NCBI GenBank assembly: GCA_026025795.1
Contig: JAPEUG010000005.1
Coordinates: 1 to 64,000, forward strand
Direction: 5' to 3'
Length of the DNA: 64,000 nucleotides
DNA from: Thelocarpon superellum
Lineage: Eukaryota
Positions 1-12,073 of this stretch are shown one piece after another. The first letter of the stretch is position 1. Each line of letters starts with the position of its first letter. The notes below the pieces were generated by a model, which ran no database searches, was not told the DNA's origin, and saw nothing but the letters and a program-made list of their open reading frames with translations. The position numbers and the translations under genes are program-made.

Positions 1-1191
1 CGTGGGCTATCCACACGTTGTTTGATCTAAGGCGGCCCTGATACCATTAGGTTACAAGAGTGAAAAGCTGCCGGCCAGTCAAGGAAGTGCCTGTAAAAAG
101 ATTGGCATCATTGCCACCCTCGTGCGAGGTACCCTTTCCTTGTTCTAGTAGCATGGCCGAAATGGACGAGCGTGCAATGGAGCCGAACTGGACGAGCGTG
201 GAGCAGTCACTCTGGCCTCAGGCTGATTCTGATGAAAGGGACGTGTCGTGATCACGACGACGAACACCTTGGTCTCGATGCGATGGGTTGAGGGGTTGCA
301 GAGACAAGGGATTGATCGGATCGGATCGGTTTCTTGACGGCCGGGATTCGATCACCGGTCGATCCCCAGCCGTCAAGAAACCGATCATCCTACCAGGTAT
401 GTACGCGACGCTTAGATCACACTTCGAACGGGTACCCTGCTCCCCGGTCGCCTGGCCTGAGCTGACCCGACCTGACCTGACCTTGCCAGAGCCGCGACGA
501 CGATCCTAGTCCGTGACGCCATCTCGCCCAGGCCTGGCCCGAGCCTAGATCGCCAGGGTCTCCCCCTCTCGCTCGTCTGGCGTCACGCAGCGAGCTGCTC
601 CGCTTGCGCCATGTCTGGGCCCGGTAGTGGCGTCCGGCTCATACTATGAGTAACATCATCCTATCCCATACCAATCCGTCCCGTTGGCACATCCGAGTAT
701 CACACGCCCAGAGAGAAGATCGGGCGCGGCCAAGCGGCGAAGCTCGTCTCATATTTTTGGGTCATCTACCTATCGATCGGGCCCCCACTCGCCAGGATTG
801 ACCCGCAACAACGACTTCGTCTGGGGCCCCCATCGGCACGCGAACCCCCCCATATAAGCAGTACATCGAACGTAAGATCGTCGTGGCGTGACGAGTGATG
901 CTGTCCGACGAGAAGAGGTCGGTGAGCCACGGCACGTTCGCCCTGGCGGCCGCCTCGCGCCAGCGATGGCGCAGACGCAAATTTCCACCCAGGCTTTTCG
1001 AAGATACGCCGAAGCAGACCCAACCCGGTACCGTCGCTCGATGGTTCCCGGCACAGGAACGCCGTCCAAACCCGCCCCAAAATCAACACAAGCACCCAAC
1101 AAAAGGCCGAGACAGGCCGCGCTATTGAACCGAACAGAAGAGAGAGACGGAAACGAGAGAGAAAGACAAAGGAGTGACGAGACGAGGATCA

Positions 1192-4100
1192 TCATCCGTG
1201 TGAGATGGCCACCGGCTTCTCCTTGGTGAGGTGCGTCCAGGCCAGGAAGTCGAAATTGCCCTTGAGCCCGCTGCTGGGCGCCTGGGGGGGGGCCGCCGTC
1301 GGCTCCGGCGGTAGGGCCTTTTGCGTCGGGCACGGCTCGCGCGGCTCGAGTAGCAACGAGCGGCGATAGTAGCTCTGGATGTTGGTCTGGTCCGACGATT
1401 GCACCCGCTGGATCTGCGTGTCGATCCAGTCCTGGAGTTCCGGCACTGACGTGAGTCGGTAGGGGATCTGGAAGCGTTGCAGCTCGCCGATGATCTTGGC
1501 CGTCTTCATGTGCTTGTCGAAGTTGATCACCGACCGCACATCCTGCTCGCCGTCACCCGACAGCTGCCGGCTCGCCTGGTTGCCCGCGTCGACGAAAGTG
1601 AGGTCAGTCAGGTAGGTGCCGACAAAGGGGAGGCACGGTGGCACGTGGCCCTGCAGACGCTGCCGCAGCACGGCGTAGTTGCGCGACACCTCGACGATGA
1701 CCCGCATCTCCTCCAGCGTGGCCTTGGTCTTGGCCGACACCATCTCCCACGTCTTCTTCAGCCGCAGGATATGCGACGAATTGAGCGAGCAGATGATGGC
1801 CATGAGCGAGTCGTAGTTATTCAACTCCAGGCTCTTCTTGGCGATCTTGACCCAGTGCTTGATCACGGCCGCCCGCTTCTTCGGGTCCTCGAGCAGGATC
1901 GTGTCCGCCACCACCGTCGCCAGATCCGTCGAAAGCTTCGACATGGCCCGCACATTCACCGCCTTGGACCCCGCCTTCTTGGTCCACTCCATCGCGAGGA
2001 GCTCCTCGGGCATGATGGAGCAGAAGATGCGCGATTCCTTGATGGTGAATTGGCGCGCCAGCTCCAGCGCGTCAAAGTCCAAGATGCTGAGCTCCGCCCC
2101 ACCGTGCTTCCAGTTCCGCAGTGACGTCAGCTGGCTTTTCGTGATCACCGGCGTTGGCTGCGGCGTGTCCGGCGCCACGTACTGTCCGATGGACGTGTTG
2201 GTCTTGCCGATGGACGACACCAGGCGTGGCACGAGCGTTCCGCCCCCCGCCGACACCTTCTCGCATAGCTCCGCCAGGCGCTTCCCCGCGGCGGGGATGT
2301 GCTGCACCAAGGGGCCCGTGGCAAAGCGCTGGATCACCTTCAAGGCCTCGCGGTCGTGCTCGCCGCGCCAGTGCGACTCGAGCCAGCCTTTGAAGACGTT
2401 GTAGACCCGCAGCCGGACTGGGCCAGCCACGTGCTGACTGTCGGTCACGTAGCAGAAGCGCTCGACCAGCGCCTCGGCGAAGCCGATCGGCGTGGTGAAG
2501 AGTCGAAAGGTGAGGTAAAAGGTGGAGACAAAGGTGGAATCAGGAGTCGAGTCGTGCGTCGTCAGACGCTCGATCAATGCCGGAAGGGTGCCGCCCACGA
2601 TCTGCCCATCTTTGTTGTACACGAGCTCGTGCGCAAATGTCTTCTCCAATACCGCCGCCTCCATATCGTCGCAATCCGTCGAGAGGGTCGTCTGGCTGCC
2701 CATCGCGTGCGACGGTGTGAGGGTCCGATCGGCCACCGGGCTAGAGTCTGCGCTGTCACGGGCCGCCGTGGTGGCCTCGCTCGACGAGCGTACGCCGGCA
2801 CTGACGACGGAATTTGGGATGCCGCTATGGCGCTCGCTGTGGGTCGAGATGCTGGGCACGCTCGCCGTCCCGAAGCCATAATCCCAGCCGCCGCCGCTGC
2901 CATAGGTTGAGGAGGACTCGGTGCGACATTTCTCCACTGCCTCATCGAGTCCCATCGCCTCCTCATTGGCCACCGTGGTGTGCTCTGAGCGCAGCAACGG
3001 TGTCGTCCGTGACGTCTGTGAGGCTGGCGCCGTGAGAGGGTCGCTTCGCGAGGGCGCGGCGGACGAGATGCTCGGCGGCAGTGATTTGGACGGGCTCGTG
3101 GAGCCAGACGTGGGCGGTGGCGGAAATTGACTCGCCATCTCCTCGGGCGTCGCGGGCCGCGAGTGGTCCTCGCCCAGGGTCTCGCGATCCCCACGGCTCT
3201 CGTCGAAGATGCCAAGGCCAATGGGTTCAAATTCAAAGTCGCCGATGCGCTCGATCACGAACTTGGTCTGGGCCACGCAGTCGCCGGCGGCCTTGACACA
3301 GCCCGTGGCGGCGTTCATCAGCTCGCCATCGTCCTCGGGCATGACGATGTCCTCGCCCCCATCCGTCGAGCTGGTCGAGCGGAAAATATCGCGTGTGGCC
3401 TGGACCAGCACGGTGATGCGGCTATACATGGTGTCCTTAGCCTGGCCGAGAGCGGTGGAGCGCTGTAGGTCGCGATCCCATACCGCCTCGACCACGGCCA
3501 GCAGATCGCGACACGCCGTCACCGACTGCTGCGTCGTCGTGAGGAGCTCGGAGAGCGATCGCGATTGCAGGTGGAGTCGTCCGATGAAGGAGCCCTGGTG
3601 GGAGAGAAAGGCGTCGTGGGTAACGCTGAGTCGTTGAGACACCAATGCGTTTTTACGCGGCGCGGCCGGTCCATTATACGAGACTCGGTGCGAGGCCGAG
3701 AGTCGGTGAGGTGGGGCCTGCACGGAGGGCGGTCGGGAAGCAAACGGGGTCGAGTTGGAGGTGGCGGTGGGCGAGGGTGGTAGTGGATATGACGAGGGAG
3801 CAGTAAATGACATGTCACTCGTTTGCGTGCCGGAAGGGTGGATGTGCGTATCCGATCCTTGCACGACATCAACGCCACCACCCGGCATCATCTGATTGGT
3901 CGGCCAGCACGACGTAGTGGGTAAGTGCGGTGGGTCCGTCGAGATGGCTTGTCCGAAGCTGGCAGTGTCCGCAGGAGGTGTTGGGGGCACGTCAATGGCC
4001 ATGGCACGGCTATCGAGGTCCGCGTACCAAATATCCAGGAAGGCGACCCCCCGCGTCACGATCTTGAAGGCCTTGAGCGTAATCTCGTTGATGTTGTCTT

Positions 4101-4893
4101 CCACCTCCTCCACCGTCTGGATGTCATCCACGCGCGACTGCAGCGCCCGCGCCGACTTGACCAACGTTGACAGGTCGGCGAGAAGCGCTTTGCGATGTCG
4201 GCGAAGGCCGTCATGGCTCCGAATGAGCGCCGACTCTCGCGTCAAGCAATCCGTTCGCTCCTGTCGTGCATCTCGTCAGTCCAGGAGATCCACATGACCC
4301 TCACGCGCCACGATGGACCTTACCAGCAGACATCGCACGCCGGCGATCACGCCTCGCATGAATTCTTGATTCTCGAAGCAGTCCATCGTCGTATTCAGGT
4401 CGCCACAGAGGAGGTCCCAGAGGTTCAATAACGCTTTCAAGAGGTTGCGTATGGGCGAATGGTCGTACGCTTCGCAATAATTGGTCGGGAGCCATCCTCG
4501 CGCGCCCGATTTCAACAGCGTGCCGTCCGCCCAGCCATTGGTGTGGATGGAGTGGACGAGGATGACATCGCCTTCGGTCAGCTGCAGCGTCACGGTCGAG
4601 GATTGGAGGGTGGCGGTGTCGGGATGGAAGGGGTAGAAGGCGCGGAGGAAGCTGTGAAAGACAGGGTGCGGGAGGGTTGGTGGCTGGACCAGGGCCTCGC
4701 TGGACCCATGCGGAGTGGGGGGAGGGGTCATCTCTGCGTGCGAATGCGCGGACAGCGTCCGAGTACTTTGCCGCCGCGGTTCTCGCGCATCATTCTGAGT
4801 GAAGTGGTCTGCCTCGCAGCCATTTGACTTGGATATCTGCAGCGGCGCCACATAGATGCTCGATCGGCTCAGGCGGGGGAAAGGTTCCGCCAT
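1192..4893 (-). CDS. SH3-domain Ras guanine-nucleotide exchange factor (Cdc25/Bud5-like: SH3 + REM + RasGEF); exons 4893-4324, 4260-1192
   Basis: N-terminal SH3-like motif (FLRAFYPF..EGDVILVHS..GWADG..RGWLPTNY), REM (GGTLPALIERLT..FYLTFRLF) and CDC25 catalytic motifs (ELARQFT, LNNYDSLMAIICSL, PCLPFVGTYLTDLTF, INFDK). A 63-nt intron 4323-4261 (GTAAGG..CTGAC..CAG) joins the two ORFs in frame (CLL|ERTDCLTRE). Confidence 0.93.
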
Positions 4894-7800
4894 GATCGTT
4901 GGCTAGCACCGTCTCGCGGAAGATCAGAGCGTGGATGTGGTCCCGGAAGGGAGGGGCTGGCAGGAGAACGGAAGATGATGGAGGGGCAGAGGTAAAGCGG
5001 TTGGGTGTCGGTGCCGGGGGGCCGATAGCGTGCGTTCCAGGTGACCGGCGGGTGTGCAACGGCCAGTAGCTGGACGTGAGCGCGCGCGACGTTATCCGGC
5101 GGTCATCCTCGTTCCTAACATGGTCTCGCGTCAGTCAGGCGTCAGGAGCGTGTCGTGTTGTTGTGGTGGCCGTGGCATGCTGCCCCAAGAATGGAGCCGG
5201 TCTGGCAAAGTGGAGAGGGGGCTGTGGGCAAGGGAGAGGCGAGGAATGCCCTCGAGCTCGGGTGGTTGCATACCGTCAATATCACAAGCAGATACAACGG
5301 ATGTCGCGCACTGCAGCGATACACCACCCCACACGGTGGTCAGGTAGGACGTGTGTCGCCGGCCTCAATGCGGTGGTCTCGTCGGAGTAGACACTGCCGG
5401 ATCTGATGGCCCGTGAGATCTAAAGGTGACCTGGCCGTGATGACGTTGCACGAGTCAGACCTTGCAGTCAGGGTCGGCACAGGCGCCCAGCTGTGCACGC
5501 ACCTGATCTCTCTCTTACTCCACCAGGACAGACCAGCGGATGCGAGTCGGCCGGTCGGGAGGATCGTCTGGCGTGCACTGGTCGTCACGGAGATGCGCTC
5601 TCTGTCGTCGCCCGTGAAATGTTTTGGCCGAGAGACGGCCAAAGATGGGAGCTCGGCTCACAGGGCCAATGAGCCGGTCGAGTCCCAATTGCAATGTTTG
5701 ACACTGACGCTGACGCTCAAGAATACGTGTGGCCGGAGAGGAGCAGGCGTGGTCCGTCAACGAGGGTCGATGCGCCAGACGAGAGGCGGACAGGGTAGGC
5801 AAGGGGCAGCGCTCACGCAACCCAAGCAGAAGGAATGGAGGAAGAAGGAAACCACGGTCGACGTCAGAACTCCACCACGGGGGAATGGGGAGGGGGAGGG
5901 GGCGAATGGGCACGACGGCGGGGGATATGGCCGAGGAAGGAGGGAGTGAGGAGATGAAGAAAGTTCGATGAGGGTTGGGGATGCTGAGATCGGGGCATTT
6001 AGATGTGGTGGGGGGGCGCCGTCGATATGTCTACCACGGTAATCGAGGCCAGGGCCCAACACAGGGGATCAATCAGCATGTCCATCGCAAGCAGCTTGGA
6101 GCATGGAGCATGGGGCAGCACCGCCGGGTCCGGGGCCGGGGGGAGGGGAGGGAGTTGCGCGTGCAGGGGAGAGTGAATGGCACCGGAACCGCGTCCTGGG
6201 GATCCGGGAGGACAGCAGAAAGTTCGAGCAGGTCATGGAGACTTCGCTCTTCCTACTGGCTACGGGGAACAAACTTCCCATGGCTGGGGGTCGCCGGCAG
6301 AAGCATGATCCCACGGAGGAGGGTGGCGGAGGGTTGCGGAGGATTAGTTGGGACGTCGTGGCTCGGCTACACCCATGGTTGCTCTACTCGTCTGCTCCTC
6401 GTACCATCCCATCCTTGCCGAGACGATGGCGCGCTGGTTCGTGGGACTATCACGGAGTGGGTTTTGCGGGTCGGCGGCGAAGCCATTGGGGGTTTGGTGG
6501 ATGGGGGGACGGTACTGGTCGAGTACTCTTCGTACTCGTGCTCGTCGCTCGCTTACAATCGTCGCCGCTCCGGCAACGCCCTCGATGGTTCGTCTCCACG
6601 CCAGCTCGGCGGGCTCGTGAGTTGGTCTTTCTCGCTTCGGGGACGATGGCCGGTGCGGCATGTGGGAGGGTGCAGGTTCTGCTCCTCCCACTCAGGCCCG
6701 ACGCGGAGGCGCAGGAGTCTGTCCAGGCCTCCGGGCCCAGTGCCGTCATCGTCGCATGAGCTCGGGCTCCTGCACCCGTGCCTCTCTCCACGGAGCGTGC
6801 ATCACCGATGGCCCGCCTAGGCGGTGGTGCGCTGGTGGCTATCATTGTCTCATCTGCTCCTCCATCGATCTGGGGGGTGCCACTGCACGAGGGACTGGGC
6901 AGAACGTGCTCGCTGGTCGTTGAACGTGCGGTAACGGCGAGAGGGTGCCGACGCCGCCACCACGAGCACCCAGTCACGATCGGTCAATTCCCGAACCCCT
7001 GGGGGGTGCTCGGAGGAGGAGGTGCAGTGAGTTCCGGAAGGCGTCGAGCCTGTCCCGCAAGCGGAGGATAGAGTTCAGGGACGTGGGAAGGGACGCGGGC
7101 GATGGAGATTGGGTAGCGAGGCCGGCCTCCCTGGCCCCAGCGACCAGGGCACGAAGTCTAATGACGCGGGCTCGGCAGACGATTGGAGGTGCCGACGGCG
7201 CCGTCGCCCTGGCATCCCCCGTCGTGTGTCCGACTACCGCAAGCCATCGTGCTAAGCGTGGGCTGGGATCTGACGGCGCTGCCCTCCTTTCATCAGATAG
7301 CGACACGGCCTTGGTGCTACGGGTGGAGACTTCGCACGCGTACGGTCCGTAGACTAGGCCTTGGTCGTCGCAGCCTCTGTTCCGATGCTGTCTCTTTCCT
7401 CTCTCTCGATCAAAGCCAATCTTGAACGATGGCGGTGGTGGCACCGGTCGTTCGCGCGAGGCTCGCAATATCCACCGACAGGGATTGCCGGTGCCCGGTG
7501 CGACGGTGCCCAGCCCAACCTCCCGTAGCCTTCCGCCCATCACCCTGTCGCCGATGCTGCGCGGGCGACGTGACGATCCGTCAAGGCCTCGACTACCGCC
7601 CCGGCACTCGGGGCGAGTGAGCAACACCGTCGGACAAACGGGGACCCACGGCCGTGGTCCCGACTGCATCATCACGTCGAATAGCAGACGGCTGTCGCCA
7701 CCGCCACCACACGACGACGCGCACCTACTGGGAACTCTTCCCTTGGCGCGGGGGAACTCGATTCTTCGTCATTGGCCAACGCTGCAGCGGGGATGCAGCT

Positions 7801-10800
7801 CTGTTGCCCCGGGAGGCGACCGATAGGTGCACTGCGCGGGGGGCGTCGCAAGGCCCATTTCCTATGTGAAGCAGACGGCGGCGAGTGATGTGATGGGCGG
7901 GGCCCCCAAATCCCACGCCCCAGCGGCGTTCATCTACGAGTGCAGCGCCCCCATGCATATCCCCACAGGTGCTTCGGCATATCGATAGTTATGCCTGCAG
8001 TGACATCCAATTGATGGGCTGCGTCTTGCTGGGTCAAGGGCTCGACTCGGACCCTTCGTCTCTCGGCCTGCATGCAGCTGTCAGCGATAGTGTTAGTACG
8101 AGGGTGCGCCAAGACCCAGACACCTTGGCCGGCATGCATGCAGCCTAGATCACGTTTTCCCGAGCGCGCCGCGATACGGCGAGCAGCTGCGGGCGGCGAC
8201 AAGACTCGTACTCGCACAGCGTCCTCGTCCTCGTCCGCGTCCGCGCGATACAAAGGAGAAGGCGCGACGAAACGAGGAAACGAGCCCCGCGCGCATGACG
8301 CCCGGGCGCCCGGGTGCTTGGGGGCGTGAGGGTTGGACGGTGCGATAGGCATTTGCCGCTCGTGTAACCGGCAGCCTCACGAGCTGCTGCAGCGATGCAG
8401 GCGTGCGATGGCGGCGTCATCTCACTTCCTACTGGTGCTCCGCTCGATCGCATCAACCTTCTTGCTCGCTGCCCCCGCCAATATTGCAGGCCAATATTCG
8501 TGACGTGGTTGCAAACTGGTCTAGATACTATCGGAGATGCATCACGTCACGGTGATGAGGGTAGGCATTGGGCCGCCGGTCGGGACGGTCCCCGTCATGC
8601 CCTCCAATCGCTCCCAGTGATCTTGTCCGGTCACCGATGTGCTCGCCGAACAGCCCTGGTTGCGTTGCGCCCTTTCATCGCCGCCACGGTTCTGGCCGGG
8701 CTCCTCGTCGCGCCCTCCAATGACGCTCGAATCGCCCCCAACGTTCTCGCCGATCGTGCGGACTGTGCCACCATTGTGAAGCAATGGCGGACCGATCAGC
8801 AGTGGTGAAGCGACGACGTGATGGCGACGATAATTTTAGGGTCGCATTCTCATCACCCGAGAGAGTGATTCGGACGCGCGGGCACCGTTTCCGGGCCGTC
8901 GGATCCTGGGAGGTCTAAGGATCCCAAAGTGTGATGTGGGATCAGAGGGTCTTGATGTCCGTGCATCTCTCGGCCGGGGGCGTGCCATGCTGGGAGAGGA
9001 TTAGTCGGGGGAGATTGTCCGAAAAATCGGAACGTGGGTGGGCTACGGCAACGGTGTCGAAGTTAGTTTGGGAAGAGCGCCAGAGCGCTCGAAGCGAGGA
9101 GCACGGAGCGGTGGTTTAAGTTCGGCACAATTGGCAGGGGCAGCTACCGCGACGCTAAAACACCCTACGATGATGGCAGTGTTCGACTTTTCAGCTCTTG
9201 CAAAACGAAAAAAGGGACCATCCCATGGTAGCTCGTCGGCGTTCATTGGTGCAGTGCAGGCTGCAGTCAAGCCTGTGTTCCCGCTCGCGGGCAATCTACC
9301 ATACTCGTCCGGGTGCCTACGACTACCTACCCGCACGGCACGGTCAGTTCGTCGACCTCGTCGCTTCACGCGGCGAGGCCAGCCAGCCGTCCGAAAATCC
9401 CGTGAAGCTGTATTCGTCATCGCCCATGGTCCTCGCAGCGCCTTGCGTGGCTCGCGGCACGGCGTCGATTGACGCGTGCGGCGCGGAGCGGAGAGCGCAG
9501 GGTCGAAACCAACATGCCTTCGGCAAATAACATGGGCGGGCGCGGTCGCGAGAGTCTTCGTTGGGGCGGCCAGCATGCAGCGTAGCTTGCAGTGCGGTGC
9601 GCTCTCGGGAGCTACATCCGTGCTAGTGAGCGACCCAGCGTACCGGAAACCAGTACGATGCGTCATAGTGCGCTGCAGGGCCATCCAGTCAATCGGAGGG
9701 CTTCGCGGCAGGAGGGCCGGCGACGGGAAGTGGCGCTAGCGTACGTTCGCGTGCCTCCCTGGCCACACCAACATCCACCCTCCGCCTTCTGCCAATCTGG
9801 CGGCCCACCTCCTTGTGGCTGTCACATTCCTCGTCTTGCCGGCCACGAGCACGCGATCCCGAGCTCTTAGCACGAGTAGGGAATGAGGGAACGAGATGGA
9901 GGTCGAGCGAGAGCCAGATTGAGGGTGGTCGGAGAGGCGCGGAGACGAGTGCAGAATGGAGGGGGGCCCGACGATTAACCCAACGTCTGGTTGCAAGGTA
10001 TAGGTCTGGTACCAAGGACTTGTTACCGGCGTTGGTGGCTGTTGCGGGTCAACGCCTTCCGACCTCGCGTCGAGGAAAGTCGCGTGCTCGCGCCAAGGCG
10101 GTGGAGATTACCGCCAATAAGGCATTCTCAGCCTCGAATGGAGCCAGTCCACGGGGAGTCGGTGCCGCACTCTACATCCACGAGCTGCTTCAGCGATAGG
10201 AGCCGGGTGGACGCCAGATGCTGTAATCAGGGTGTCTGTAGAAACCAAGGATGGCCGTGGGAGTGAGAGTGAATGTTATCGTCGCATGCACAGAGACTGG
10301 ACTCTGAAATACTGGACCCACTCCCTCGCCTCCCCGCCTCCCCACCAACATTCACACGCTCGACTGGCATCGCAGGCGGCAGCGCAAGCGACCAGGTGAT
10401 GTCGCGTCTCATCACGCACCAGTCACGCGTGATGAGAGCGTCTGTGAGAGCCGATTGGCACCTAGGCATGCTGGTGGTCCAGACATGTACATAGGCTTGC
10501 CACCATCACACATCGCACCTGGGCGGAAGCAGCGATGGTGAGTGGTGGAGAATGAATGGCTGGTGGTGGCGGACGGTTGTCCCTAGAAACGAAACAATCG
10601 AAGCCTCCGCTGGTGCAGCAGTTGGTGGGCATCCACAGACCAGACCCTTCCAATCATGGAGGCTTGGGAATAGTTCCTCGCGTTCTCCACGTACGCCAGG
10701 ACTAATCTCCCCCCAAACGTGTGGACACTTACCTCCTTTGGGCCAAAGCAGAGTCCTCGGCCCATCCGCGAGGACCATCAAGCTCCGTCCCATCCCTCCT

Positions 10801-12073
10801 GCCTGTCCGAATCGAGCGGTGCCGTCGCAGTGCCTAGCTCGAATTGGGTCACGACCACGCCGGACGGCCCCCTCTCGCCCGCTCCCATTGGCCGGGGCAC
10901 TCTCGGCTGGTTACACCACCTCCGTCACCATGCACGACGCATCGCTACATTTGGGATGAACAACGTGCCCAGGGGAGGAAAGGGCAAGATTACCATGGCG
11001 TTTGCGCGGGCCGGACTCCGCCCCACCACCACGACGTCGAGGACCACCACCGCCGTCGTCAGCCCTCTCGGGTGATTCGGAAGCAATGGCACGATAGTGA
11101 TTGGCACATGGCATCATGGAAGCTAGGTGTGGGCTCAGCCAGCCCACCGCCAGGCTGGACCCTCAGGGATTGATCGACGCCACGATCCCACGATGCCCGT
11201 TCTCGCTGGACCAAACGTTCCGATCGAAGTGCTGAAAACGCCCACCCTCCGTCCCTACACCAAGCCTCCGTTCCACTCCTGGCGCCATCCCAACTAGGAA
11301 TGAGACTAAGTGGCCCTTGGAGCCCTGCCGTAGGGTCTGATGATGATCTGCCAGATAGGTTTCCGTGTACCACACACGCGGCTCCCTGGATCGATCTACT
11401 CCACGACTTAGTCGCCGGCCACCATGGCTATGGTTGATTTGGGCTAGAACTTCAGTTGTACCTGCCAGGTACCCGTGCCAGCGCGGCGGATGAAACTCAT
11501 CGCCCGCTCCTAAATACCCTGACGGTGTATGAGACGGTAATTGGCATACGGTAAGTGGATTACCAAACCTGGGACACCTTGCACACGCCTTGCTACACGA
11601 ATCCAATCCCATCCCCTTCCGGCCGTGCACGTCCCCGTTTGTTCGCCATTCATTCCCCATTCCGCCCCATTGTTATTCCGTCGTGATCCCATCCCTGTCC
11701 GGCCAGGGAAGCGGGCGGTTCAGGTTGAATTGCGTGGCTTGTTTCGGCGCGGTTTGGCTCCGTTCAGCTGGGCTCCGTCAAGCTCTCCTGGACGTGGCTT
11801 CGTGAGACTGGGTTTGGGGCAAGTGATCGGGTCCTCCCTTTTTGATTCCGCTAGCTGGATCGAGTCGAGTCGCAGTGCTCCTTTTGGACGCACACTGATG
11901 AAAAGGGCACGGGGAGTGTGATCAAGGCCGCGGGGTACGCTGACGTGCAGCATGATTCGTATTTTTATATCTTTACATTTGACATGATTCAATACTGCCA
12001 TTCGAATCCGTCCGCTCTTTTTCATGTGTCCAATCCAAGCTGGTCTACCCATGTCAGGCAAAGCTCACCCAAG

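Noticed and set aside
60..251. Short ORF at the left edge, possibly the last exon of an upstream gene
   Set aside because: No recognisable homology and context lies outside the window.
5975..7675. Several 170-280 aa ORFs in the RasGEF upstream region
   Set aside because: Arg/Gly/Pro-rich GC-driven translations with no domain or codon signal.
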